From: Camelus ferus
Taxonomy: Eukaryota
Direction of reading: 5' to 3'
NCBI RefSeq assembly: GCF_009834535.1
Contig: NC_045696.1
Location: 105,278,001-105,342,000, forward strand
DNA length: 64,000 bases
Under the pieces are notes generated by a model. That model did not search any database. It was not told where the DNA came from and was given only the letters and a program-made list of their open reading frames with translations. The position numbers and the translations under genes are program-made. The number at the start of each line of letters is the position of its first letter. The stretch's first letter is position 1. Of this stretch, positions 13,393 to 24,344 are shown one piece after another.

Positions 13393-13606
13393 GAGTGGCC
13401 TCAAGTGGGGTGAGTTTGCTCTCCACCTCCCATCTGGGGCATTTGGCAATGTCTGGAGACATCTTTGTGGGAGGTGCCAACTGGGATCCAGGATGTAGAA
13501 GCCAGGGATGCTGCTAGACATCCTACAATACATAGGACGGCCCCCCTCCCCCCACAAAGAATTACGTGGTTCAATGTGGCAACAGTGCCAAGGTTGAGAA
13601 ACCCTA
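13393..13606 (+). mobile_element. MER20 (hAT-Charlie)
   Basis: catttggcaatgtctggagaca...gccagggatgctgcta.acatcctacaat...gtgccaaggttgagaaaccct matches MER20. Confidence 0.85.
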
Positions 13607-13849
13607 GTGTAGAGCTGGGCGGGTAAGAGAGGCTGAAATCCAAGCCACTCCCTGGGATGAAGCTATCCCTACCCTGAAGAAGAGACATTTTATCCTAACT
13701 CAGCCAGAGGCAGTGTGAGCCCTGAGGAGGGAGGAGGTGGGGATATTGGAGCCACGGTAGTGCTGGAGGTGGAAGAGAACGTGCCTGCTGTCACCTAGGC
13801 TGTGAGTTAAGCAAAAAGCAATTTAAAAGGATATTTAGTCTTTCACAGA

Positions 13850-13863
13850 GGGTCAAAAAGTCA
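13850..13863 (+). promoter_or_regulatory. DR2 retinoic acid response element GGGTCA-aa-AAGTCA
   Basis: Direct repeat with 2-nt spacer 1015 nt upstream of the ATG; position and sequence agree with the classical rodent CRBP1 DR2 RARE as I recall it (AGGTCA-aa-A(A/G)GTCA at about -1 kb). Confidence 0.8.
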
Positions 13864-13964
13864 ACCCACATGATTATGTCATCTCCTTGCTGGCAAAGAC
13901 AGAGGTTTTAAAGCACGATGACATACCCTCCAGGTGGGAAATGAGATGCATTCAACGATCTTCA

Positions 13965-14215
13965 CTGCCGTACTGCTTCTAATAGTAAAGAATTGGAACG
14001 ACATAAATGTCCATCAGTGGGGTACAAGCTGGGTAAACAATGGGACTTCTCACAAAGGAACGAGGATATTTCCTCTGTACAGATATGGAAAGGTCTCTGG
14101 AATATACTGAGTGGGAAAAGCGAAGTGCGGAACACTGGAGTACTGTGCTGCTGCCAGGGGAAAGGGGAGGGGAAATCAACGGTGTATTGGTAATTGCTTA
14201 CATTTGCATACAGCA
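13965..14215 (+). mobile_element. Old L1 (L1ME-like) fragment between the DR2 RARE and the promoter
   Basis: aattggaa...aaatgtccatcagtgggg...gatatggaaaggtctctggaatatactgagtg. Confidence 0.55.
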
Positions 14216-14589
14216 GTGGATCTGAAACTTCACTGGGCATCAGAACCACCCAGAGGGCCTTTTTAGCCATACTTACTTCAAGCAACATCAACCTTGCTTT
14301 CCTTCCGGGAAGGGACCTGGAGAGCGCCCCACTTTTCTTTCTCGGAGTGGAACTGCCCAGCTTTCCGGATTCTGGACCCCCACATGCCAGGCCACCAGCG
14401 CAGGGTTTAAGACAAAGGCTATAAGTCCCTAATTACTCCAGCAAACCCAGGAGTCTTTCCCAACCCTCAAGTGGCCGCTGAATGTGAGTTCAAGCCATTT
14501 GAAGGAATCTCGCAGGAACCGAAGAGTTGGAACCGATAAAGCAAACCGCACCCCAACCCCCCATCTCATCTTCCTTCGTAGGGGAGCAA

Positions 14590-15110
14590 ACTGAAAGTCT
14601 GAACCAGGCGGTGTCGGGCCCGGGACAACCTGGCCCTTCGACATCCCCGCCCCCACCCCCGCCCCGCTGAGTGGGGAGGAGCGATGGCTACAATGGATCC
14701 TCCTGCCGGCTTTGTGAGCGCCTGGAATCCAGCTGTCGCCGCCCCCCAGCCCCCTGCCCCCGAAGGGCGCACAGTTCCGGGCCGCCCACCACCCGGATCG
14801 CACCGCCAGCCCAGAGCTGCTCCCGCCCGTTCGGTCCCCCGTCCGGCCCCTGCCGTCCCCCGAAATGCCGGTCGACTTCACCGGGTACTGGAAGATGCTG
14901 GCTAACGAGAATTTCGAGGAGTACCTGCGCGCGCTGGGTAAGCGCTGCCGGCCGGCGCACTGGGCCCCGGGCGCCCGGCCGGGCTGCTGGGGGTGGGGTC
15001 CCGGCGCCCTCGCGGGCTTGCCGCCCGCCCACCTCCGCCGGGAAAGGGCAGCCACGGCCACCGCTCCAGGGGACCAGCGGGCTGCGAACTGGAGGACGGG
15101 CGTTGTTAGG
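14590..15110. promoter_or_regulatory. RBP1: RBP1 promoter CpG island with tandem GC boxes (Sp1/KLF) at about 14645-14665; no obvious TATA box
   Basis: Dense CpG and very high GC spanning exon 1 and the start of intron 1; ccccgcccccacccccgccccgc about 200 nt upstream of the ATG. Confidence 0.88.
14865..14937 (+). CDS. RBP1: RBP1 (CRBP1) coding exon 1, MPVDFTGYWKMLANENFEEYLRAL(D)
   Basis: ATG at 14865; translation matches the CRBP1 N-terminus including the FABP/CRBP GxW motif; 73 nt ending at donor G|GTAAGC (intron 1 = 14938-15442), the conserved phase-1 intron position of the intracellular lipid-binding protein family. Confidence 0.98.
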
Positions 15111-15442
15111 GTTCACTGGTGGCCAGTGTCTGATAGTTGGCTTTCGATGTGGATAATTCATTAGGAAAGCTGGGCATGGTTTGCTTTTTGTTTTGAAAGA
15201 GTTAGCACATGGGCAGAAAACTTTGTTGTTAAAAAAAAAAAGGAGGGAGAGAAAGAAAAGGAAAGAAAGAAAAAGAAAAAAGGCACAGACCAGCTGCACG
15301 CAGAGACCGCGCTACGTGAACAGGGAACCTCAGTGGTCTTGAGGGGGCGGGGATCGGGTTCCTGGAGCTCCCTTATCTTTACAACGGTCCTCTGACTTTT
15401 CTGGCAACTCTCCGTCCCTCTCTGTCCTGGCACTCCCTGCAG

Positions 15443-15621
15443 ATGTCAATGTGGCCTTGCGCAAAATCGCCAACTTGCTGAAGCCAGACAAAGAGATTGT
15501 GCAGGACGGCGACCACATGATTATCCGCACGCTGAGCACTTTCAGGAACTACATCATGGACTTCGAGGTTGGGAAGGAGTTCGAGGAGGATTTGACGGGC
15601 ATAGACGACCGCAAGTGCATG
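15443..15621 (+). CDS. RBP1: RBP1 coding exon 2, (D)[59 protein letters not shown]
   Basis: Pyrimidine tract and CAG acceptor (AG at 15441-15442); 179 nt; donor ATG|GTGAGG; frame continuous with exon 1 (73+179=252 nt); encodes the retinol-contacting Lys40 (mature numbering). Confidence 0.98.
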
Positions 15622-17353
15622 GTGAGGGTTTGCGTACACGTGGGCATCTCCTGCCCAGGGTTCCTGACCAAAGGCGGGGCTAGTTCATCTGAGAGGGAAA
15701 CAGGGCCCTGGTGTTCTCAGGGATGGAAGGTCTTCACATTCCCAGCCCGCAATGTAGGCAGCACCTGACTCATCAGGCATCCAAACTGGATGGGAAGTTA
15801 TGAAAGCTGTGGTTTGTTGAGTCTCTGCTGCCTCCCGGCACTGAGCCTGGTGCTTTATACACTAGACATCATCTGAGCCTAACAACAACCTCGAGAGGAC
15901 TCCCATTTTACAGACTCAAAGAGATAAAGCAACTGCCCAGAGTAGCACAGCTCCGGAAGGTCTGGGCTGGAATTCCAGGCAAATGTGTTGACTCTGTTCT
16001 CTGGCTGTACTGTAGGCTGGGGGGAGGGAGGAGAGAAGCGGGAAAAGCAAGAAGAAACGCAGGGAGCCCTTTTGAAGTGTAAACTTCCTACATGACCTAG
16101 CATGAAGCCACTCCAGGAAGCAAGGGCCACTGCCAGTGATCTCTGCCTTCTGACCTGCCCCTCCCCATCCTCAAACTGGGGTTTGGCTCCTGGCCATCCC
16201 CTTCCCCATCCTATCCTCCACTGCCCCCTGGGCTTCCCTTGAACATTGCAGCCAACACCTACGCTGTAGGTCAGTGCCACTGCAGCCCAGGCCAGAGGAA
16301 GCTGCAATGGGGAAGGGGAGTGAGCCGGCTGCTCCCAAGGTGGGAAGCTGGTGGCCCGGAGACCCCAATTAGAGCTGCCACTGTAGCTTCCAGCCTCCGG
16401 AAGTTCAGCCCCAGGCCTCTAGCAACATTCTCGGGTCGCCGGCAGGTCAGGGTGCTCCCGGTCTCCCTTTCACAGTCTTGGGTCCAGAGCTAGCTCAGGC
16501 CCACCCCCAGGGAGCCAGCCTGCTTACTGATGAAGTTCTCCCCCCGCCTCTCCCCCTCCCACCATTGACTGAGGGTCTGCTCCATGCCCCGCACTGTGCC
16601 AGCTATTCTCCAGCTCATCCCAGTGAGGGAAGGATTAGTAAGCTGATATTTTGCAATGATTGAGGCTCCCAGAGGCTAAGAGACTTGCCAGAGACCAGAC
16701 TTTGAGGCCCACACTCCTGCTCTGGGCCAGATTCCTCTGGTAGCCTTTGCAGAAACCAGATGGCTGGGGTTTGTTAGGACTGTGGTTGAAGGAGTGCCCG
16801 TGTCTGGGAGTAAGGAACCCGAGGCCTGGGTGACTCACTCCCCACCCCGCCCTCTGCCCCTCATCACCTCCTTGTTGATCCATCTGATAGAGACCAGGAG
16901 TTATTGTCTGAGTCTGCCGGTGAAATGATGGTGGAAGAGGAGTAGCCAGCAGGGGGGATCCTGGGAGAGGCCATGAATGAGAGAAAACACTGTTACACAA
17001 AAATGTCAGGTTGTGCCTTTAAAAGCCGAGGCCTCAATCCTCTGAGAGGCTCATGGTGGGAAAGGAGCCCTTCAGATAGGGTCTGCCTTAGTGAGGAGGG
17101 TCCCTGCCTGTGGGACTACGGCCCAAGGTCTGGTCCCAGGCTCGCTGCCTGGAACTGCATTGTAAGAACAGTCCTTGTCCTCCCACTCTTGAGGCACTTA
17201 CAGGGCACAGCAAACATCTCTGTTTACTTTGGGTCACTGCAACCTCTGGAATGTTCTGGCTTGTACTTACTTGGCTAATTATCTTTGCTCTTTCATTCTG
17301 TCGCTCATCCACTAATACGGGAAACACTGATCATGTAGTAACACTAGCCAATG

Positions 17354-17969
17354 CAGGTAGACCTTGGACATTTTGCAGGTTCGGCCTCAGACCACTGCAA
17401 TAGAACGAACATCACAAGAAAGCAAGGCACACGAAGTTTTCTGTTTCCCAGTGCTCATCAAACTTATGTTTACACTATATTATGGTCTGTTAAGTATGCA
17501 ACAGCATTATGTATGAAAACCAGCAGATATCCTTGAATTAAAAACTACTTTAGAGGTGGGAAGGTACAGCTCGGTGGTACAGCGAGTGCTTAGCATGCAC
17601 AAGGTCCTGGGTTCAATCCCCAGGACCGCCATTAAAGAAAAAGAAAAAGAAAAAAAGAAGAGATAATAATAATTTAAAAAACTAAAAGAGCAAAAAAATG
17701 CTAACCAACATCTGAGCCTTTGGCGAGTCGTAATCTTTTTGCAGTAGGACCCTCAAAGTTCACTGATCACAGATCGCCATAACAAATATAATGATAATGA
17801 AAAAGCTTGAAATACTGCAAGAATTACCAAACTGTGACACAAAGGCCCGAAGTGAGCACATGCTGTTGGAAAAATGGCTCCAATAAACTTGCTTAAGCAA
17901 GGTGGCCACAAACCTTCAATTTGTAAAAAACACAATACCCGCAAAGCACAGTAAAGCCAGGTCTGCCTG
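17354..17969 (-). mobile_element. Internally deleted Tigger1 derivative (Tigger1a-like MITE) with a SINE inserted
   Basis: Both terminal inverted repeats recognisable (caggtagacct... and ...aggtctgcctg versus consensus CAGGCATACCT); body matches the Tigger1 termini. Confidence 0.8.
17553..17690 (+). mobile_element. tRNA-Ala-derived SINE (camelid Vic-1-like)
   Basis: A-box-like agctcggtgg, cttagcatgca, B box ggttcaatccc, A-rich tail. Confidence 0.85.
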
Positions 17970-19609
17970 CACCTCGCTTACTATGCACAGACTGTTCACA
18001 TTTTAACTCACTGAATCTTCACAACACTCCTTTTTAACCCCATTTTACAGATAAGAAAACTCAAGCAGGATTTCTTGTTATGTGACCTTGAGGGGTTAAG
18101 GAAGTGGCAGGGGAGGGTTTGAATGTGGTCTGTCTGCTCCGGAGTCCCAGCTGTTAACCACTGCACCGTGCCTACTGCATTAGGACAGTGGTAGGTGAAC
18201 AGATGGGGGAACCCAGCAGCTGGGCGAGCTAGATGACATTGGACGAGAACTCATGGCCACCCTGGCTGCCCTAGGACTCCCAGCAGCCCCTCCCAAGCGG
18301 ACAGCACGCACTCACCTGGCTGTTGCTTTGGGAGGGTGGTGGGGAATGGACGACCCCTCTGCTCCGGCCTTTCCTTGGCCCCTGAGCTGTGGAGAAGCCT
18401 CGTCAGCTGCCCAGCTGGATGGGGGACTACAGGGAAGAGTATGGCTGGGCGGGGGTAGGATAACAGAACAATAGCAACAGTCCAGTCTGGTGCTTGTCAG
18501 TGGAGGGGAGCTGCCTGCAAGAGGCCACACTGGCCGGGGTCTCTAGGGCCCCCGGCGGTCCTGGGCAAGGTCGTTGCCAAAGATAAGGCACCACCACCCC
18601 TTCTACTCCTCGCGCTCTGCACACACCAGCCAGGGGCAGCGGCCGGAGGAGGCCAGTTCTCAGCATCAGGTTGGCCTCATTCTAACACGTTCTTCCCAGC
18701 ATATTACAAGGATCTCATTTTTCATCTGTTCTGTTCATTTCTTTCTTGGTCATACAAGCATTTTATGGTGCTTACTCTGTCTTTGCAGCCCTTGTGTTAC
18801 TGAGATGAATCACACAATATTCCTGCCCTTGTGGAATTCAGGGCAGTGGGGACGGCAAAACAGAGCAGCCAATGATACTGGGATGGTGTGCTGGTGGGGG
18901 ATGGACAGGCAGAGAAGGAGCCCTCCTACATCTGGGCGGTCAGGGAAGGTTTCCACCGGAAGTAAAGTCTCAGCCGTGGCCTCAGGGATGGGCAGGAAGT
19001 AGCCAGGCAAACAGAAAGGGGACGAGAGGATGGCCAAGGCCAAGAGAAGAGCACTTGGTGATGCTATTTCCAACCTGTCCCACAACCTGAGTCCCCCTGG
19101 GCTCAGCCTGGAGACACAGAGGCAGCAAGGCCTCCTGGAGCACTCAGGCCAGTGGAGGAGACAGACCCATCTTATAACTCAGTGTAGTGATGGAAGCACA
19201 GCTGGGAGAACAGGGCTGGGGGAGAGGGGGCAGGGGAGGTGCCCAGGAAGAGAAGACAACTGAGGGGGTCCTAGAAGGACCAGTGAGAATTAGGGCAGAT
19301 GAGGAGAGGAACAAGCATTCCAGGAGAGGGAACCACGTGCACAAAGGCCCGGAGGTCAGAAAAGGCCCAGATGGGGAGGGGTTCCAGAGGTGAGAATAGG
19401 GCAGTCTGCAAGACTTTATGGGGTGGAGTGCAGGGTGTGGCTGGGGAAGAGAGGAGCCCTGAGCAACCAGCGGGGAGCCTAGATGTCACCCCACGGGCCC
19501 CAGGGAGCCTTCCAGGAGAGGCATGGTCAGGCTGACATCCTCCCCAAAGGGCTTTGAGGGTTCAGAGGGCTCTGCTCCTGCCTCTTTCCATGGGAACCAT
19601 GGTCGTGTT

Positions 19610-20120
19610 CTGGAACAGCAGCTGGAGGATGAAATCCGGCCTGCAGATGTGTTTTGTTTGGCTTGCACAATGTTGGAAAAATGTCAGAGCCATTTGCCAA
19701 TGATTGTCAAAGATGATAAGATTTCACTGAAAAATCCATCTATCTGGCTGTTCTTCCCCCAACAAAATCGAGACTGCTGAACGCGCCCTTTTATTCCAGC
19801 ATCGGGTAGATCTCTGGGACGCTGTCGCAGTTGCTCCCTTTAGATGGGACGTTCCCCACTTAACCCCAGTCCTCACCTTGCCCTGTGACCTGGAGCTGAG
19901 GATCAAGCAACCATTGTTTGCACTGTGGGTCCCTTAGAGCAGTGGTTCGCGGAGAAGCTGAGACCGGCTGCAGCCGCAGTGTAAGAACTTAGAAACAGAT
20001 TCTCCAGCCAGACCCCCTGGCCTCCTGAATCAGAAGCTCTGGGGGTGGGGCCAGCAACCTGGGTTGCAATAAGCCCACCGAGCGGTTCTGGTGCAACTGA
20101 ACCTTGAGAACCACCACTTT
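19610..20120. mobile_element. MER102-like (about 19610-19900) followed by MER5A-like (about 19937-20120) hAT elements
   Basis: aaatccggcctgcagatgtgttttgtttggc (MER102); agcagtggttc...tgaatcagaagctctgggggtggggccagcaa...ttgagaaccac (MER5A). Confidence 0.65.
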
Positions 20121-20804
20121 GGAGAAAAGAAACATCTCTCTGTACCTGCGTCTCTATAAAAAGTGGAAGGCAGTAAACTCAGGGTAGAGGGCCACGTGCC
20201 AACTGGCTCGTTTAGCCCATCATCAGACCTCTGTGGACACTGAACTCCATGCCCAGAACCACCTGGAATGGCTGTGGTCTTGCCCAGGCTGAAGGAGGAG
20301 GAGGGACCAGATCTGTGTGGCCCCGGTATCACTCAGCTCACATTTCCAGTCTTTTCTTTTCAGAGCTTTACATGACCACACCCACCCGGGGCTGTCGTTT
20401 TGGTAGAAATGTACAAAGACTGGGCTCAGTTTTTCTTCACGGCTTCATGCACGCCTTTATCCCTTAGAAAGAAATCCCAGGCCCAGTTTGAAACCAGTAT
20501 TATTTGTTGAATCTAGCAGATGTAGGCTTTGGCAGGGTGGGAGACCTTCAGAAAGGGAGGTACTCCTTAACTTCAAATAGCGTTCCCCACGCCTGGGCCA
20601 GGGAGTCCTCCGGCATGAGGAATGATAATGATCCAACAGGAATCCCAGCCGGGAGCCCGGCTCTGTGTGGTGGTGGCAGAAGGGCCATTTGTCATCCCGC
20701 CGTGAACACCCGGTCAGCTTTTCCCTGGAGGAGGCAGCTTTGTTCGCTCAGGAGCCGGCACCTCCTCCCAGGCTGAGGCCTCGCCTTCGCCTTCTATCCA
20801 GCCT

Positions 20805-20821
20805 TGAACTCAGGATGACCC
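20805..20821 (-). promoter_or_regulatory. Consensus DR5 RARE GGGTCA-tcctg-AGTTCA in RBP1 intron 2
   Basis: Plus strand reads TGAACT cagga TGACCC; both half-sites match RGKTCA exactly; lies in apparently non-repetitive, CpG-enriched sequence. Confidence 0.7.
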
Positions 20822-21099
20822 CTTCCGCAGAGTCTGCCTTCCGCTTCCAGCCCTGGCCCTCTGATGCTTTCTTTGTTTTTATTGTAAAAGGAAATTCAAA
20901 TGGCACAGGAGAAAGTGGACTGAAAAGGAAAAGACCCCTTCCCCCCCTTGGCCTCGTTCCCACTCCCCAGAGGTTATCAGTGGGACTGTTTCTGGTGGGT
21001 CTGTCCGGAAAGCTTCCTCGAGTATAGACGCCATCTAGCTGTGCAGCTGTTCATCAGGTAATTGGTCAGTACGGCTAGCTGAAGACCAAAAAGAGTGAG

Positions 21100-21170
21100 A
21101 GGGAGGGAAGGAGAAAAGAAAGGAAGGAAAGGAGCGAGGGAGGAAAGAAGGAAGGAAGGAAGGAAGGAAA
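21100..21170. repeat. (GGAA)n-like purine-rich low-complexity tract
   Basis: gagggagggaaggagaaaagaaaggaagg...ggaaggaaggaaggaa seen directly. Confidence 0.85.
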
Positions 21171-23629
21171 TCTATTCCTTTGCACTTTGTTTCCTCACTC
21201 AGTGATACTCCTTAGGCATCTTTCCATATTAGCGCTTATAGATTTTCTGAATTCTTTCTTTTTTAACCATCTGTGTGTCCTTCCCTTCCCTTCCTGACCT
21301 ACCTCCTTTCATCCATCCATCCATTCACCTAAGTATATATGATAATACATGAAATCTACCAAACTGTTGTTAACGCTTTGGTTTAAATTCTTGCCAGCTT
21401 TCTGATCCTATTCTTGATTGAGTAAAGAGATTTTGGGGGGGGGTTCTTATTTTTAAAAAGACCACAATGTCAATGGCAGCATTAACTCCCTGGGCTGCGG
21501 AGCTGTGAATGCCTTTGGATTTGGGAGCCTTCAGAGAGCCGCCCGTACCCAGATCAGGCCCCCAGCATTTGGCTGGGTCCCTTCTGGGAAGGAAACACGG
21601 AGTCTCTTTCATGTCTTAGCTAAAGTTCTCCGACCTTTGAAATCAGTGTCAGCAGCATGCTTTTGAGGATTAAAAAAAAAAGAAGAATTAGAGCAACCCA
21701 AATAACATTCACAAAGTAGCTTTCAAGAGTCACACTTGTTTGTTAGGTTTTGTTTTTTGTTAGGCGAGAACAAAGGAAAATTATATGTACTAAGTCCTTG
21801 CTGAGTGCCATGCCTGCCCCAAGTGATTTGAGCACTTTTTCTGTTTTGGTCCCGACAACAAATACTGTTCTGTAAGTACCATTATGCCCATTTCACAGAT
21901 GGGAATCTGAGGCTCTAAGGTGAGAAATCTTTTTTAGCCCAAGGTCACCCAGCCAGCTGGTGGCAGAGGAAGGATTCTAACTAGTCTGTTTGTAAAGCTG
22001 TCTATTACAAGTTCTCCCATGGAGCTCTGCTGAGGGCCACCTCCTTTCCTTATTTCAAGCCTCATCACAAGCTGGAATTCAGCACAGACAGAACTGACCA
22101 GGCTTAAGAGTGTGGAGAAGGAGTGCTGGTGTTAGAGTCAGACATCTGGTTGGGAATCCTCCTCTACTACCTAAGTGACAGTGACCTTAAATGACGGAGC
22201 ACACTGTCTCTGTTTTCACGTCTGCAAAATGGGCATCATGACAGCTGCCTCACCTGTCTCACAGCAGATTCTGTTGCCATGGCAGCAGCACAGGACACAG
22301 TGCCTTGTGAGGCCACAGTACTGTGTGCAACAAGGGAGCGAAGGCCTTCTGATACCCTAGTCTGGGAGCAAAGCCTCCTCGCCTGTGATGGCCAGATGTT
22401 TACTGGGGGAGTTACAGTTGTTTGTTTTTCTACCCGATGTTGCTTCCCCATCCACCCAAAGAAGCACCTCCTTTTTTGGGTGGGAATTACCCCTACTTAC
22501 CTTGTGGGTTCTGGTGGAGCTGCAGATCCCAGTACCTTGTCTCTCTGGGGATGAGCACCTTAAACCTGGGTGATGACAGCGTCCCATGGCCTGTCACACA
22601 ACTGTGCATGTGACTCGCACTGGGCCAGTCATAACGTTTCTTGCAGTTTAATTCGGGGACCCTGGGAGAGAGATGGGTTCTGTTCCCTCTAAGGTTGAGA
22701 AACTTGTATGATATAAGTTTCCATGTCCCCCTCCATGGCTGCATGAGGAAATCCAACAGAAGGGAAAACTAAGATGAGGCCAGTAGAGAAGTAGAAATGA
22801 GGGACAGACAGACAGACAGGGAGAGGGGAAGCTACATCATTGGAGAGTTGCTGGAACTCCTGACACTACCGCCATTCCGAGACTTTTCATGTGTCCTTGA
22901 ACCAGCCAGTAGCCCCTTTCTTTCCCCTTGAGCTCTTTGATCTGGCTTCCTGTCACATGCATCTAAAAACATCCTATGACATTCAGAGTCCACAGATCGT
23001 AGGTTAAGAACCACAGAAGTAGTTAGAGCAGTAGTTCTTGAACTTGAACTTGCCTACTTCCAGAGTTTCTGACTCAGAAGGTCTGGAGTAAGGACCCAGA
23101 CCCTGTGTTTCTAACAAGTTCCTGGCAGGTGCTGATGCTGCTGGTTCCAAGGCCGTGCTTGTGCTAGACCATGGTAACTGCTAGGAAAGAGCACTGAGGA
23201 CGTGGGCTGGGCCATTCCCAGGTTCCTGAGATGTTCTTGTGATGATTCAGTGTAGGAAGCCTATGCTGGAGCTGAGAGTGCCCAGGTATGGGGATTGAAT
23301 GAGATTGGAGAGATGCAGTCCAGTCTCTGCAGGTGGAGTCTGCCCAGGGACGCCAACCTTGCAGCAGCCCACGATGGTCTGCACCTGAGGATCCGCGTGA
23401 TAGCAGCAGTGTGTGAGCTGGACATCTGTGGGGTGCAGCAGAGCAACTGCGAGCTTTGGCTTTGAGATGTACCTGGATTTGAATCTTGGGTCCACCCTCC
23501 AGCTGTGTTTCCTGGGGAAGGCACTCTACCCCTCTGGGCCTCAGTCTCCTCATTTGTCAAAAGGAGCTGGGGGTGGTACCACTGATGGGATTGCTATGAA
23601 AATTAAATGTGGTGATGAATTATTTCAAA

Positions 23630-24090
23630 TTTCTATTGCTATGTGACAAACCACTCCAAAACTTAGGGCTCGCAAACTCCACAACAATAACAGTTGTTCA
23701 TTTTCTTCATGAATGTGCTGTTTGGGCAGGGCTCCAAGGGGCTGTCGCACAGCACGCCCGGGGGCGCTGGAGGGCCCACTTCCCAATGGCTCACTCATGC
23801 TCACTCTGCTGGCTGCCTGAGCTTCCCCGCAACACGGCAGCTGGGTTCTGAGAACGAGAGGGCGAAGAGGACAAGGCAGACACGCACGGCGTTCTCGTCA
23901 CCTACTTAGCCTCTGAAGTCCTTAGCAAGAGTTTTGCCATACTTTGTGGGTTGAAGCAGGCACAAAGACCCCCCCCCCCAACCTTCCCAGGGACGGGGAC
24001 GTGGATGTGGACTCCACTTCTCAATGGGGACATGGCAAGGTCCTAGAAGAGCATGTAGAGCGGAAGATACTTTAGGAAAGTTCCATGTGC
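23630..24090 (-). mobile_element. MaLR LTR (MLT1F-like)
   Basis: tctattgctatgtgacaaaccactccaaaacttag...ctccacttctcaatgggg...ggcaaggtcctagaagagcatg. Confidence 0.65.
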
Positions 24091-24207
24091 TGTGCGCTTA
24101 CTGAGCTGTTACCACAGTGCCTGGCGTGTAGGGAGTTCACAGCGGGAGCTAGAACATCATGCTCTGGCTACACCTCGAGGATCTGCCAGGGCTGAGCTCT
24201 AATTTCT

Positions 24208-24344
24208 TTTTTCTTTTTGATTTTTTTGGTGGGGAGGTAATTAGATTTATTTATTTATTGTTAGAGCAGGAGCTGGGGATTGAACCCAGGACCTGGTGCG
24301 TGCTAAGGACACATTCTACCACTTGAGCTATACCCTGCCCCCCG
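24208..24344 (-). mobile_element. Vic-1-like SINE with target-site duplication
   Basis: Reverse tRNA-like head (gggattgaacccagg...tctaccacttgagctatac); TSD gctct(a/t)atttct at 24196-24207 and 24345-24356. Confidence 0.9.

Noticed and set aside
14429..15299. Long antisense ORFs (210 aa at 14429-15061, 203 aa at 14688-15299) and a 161-aa sense ORF over exon 1
   Set aside because: Stop-poor by-products of the GC-rich CpG island; low-complexity G/A/R/P translations with no recognisable domain.
15622..15768. ORF-track extensions of RBP1 exons into introns (also 14938-15164 and 38195-38311)
   Set aside because: Similarity to CRBP1 ends exactly at canonical GT donors; the spliced exons give a complete 135-aa protein.
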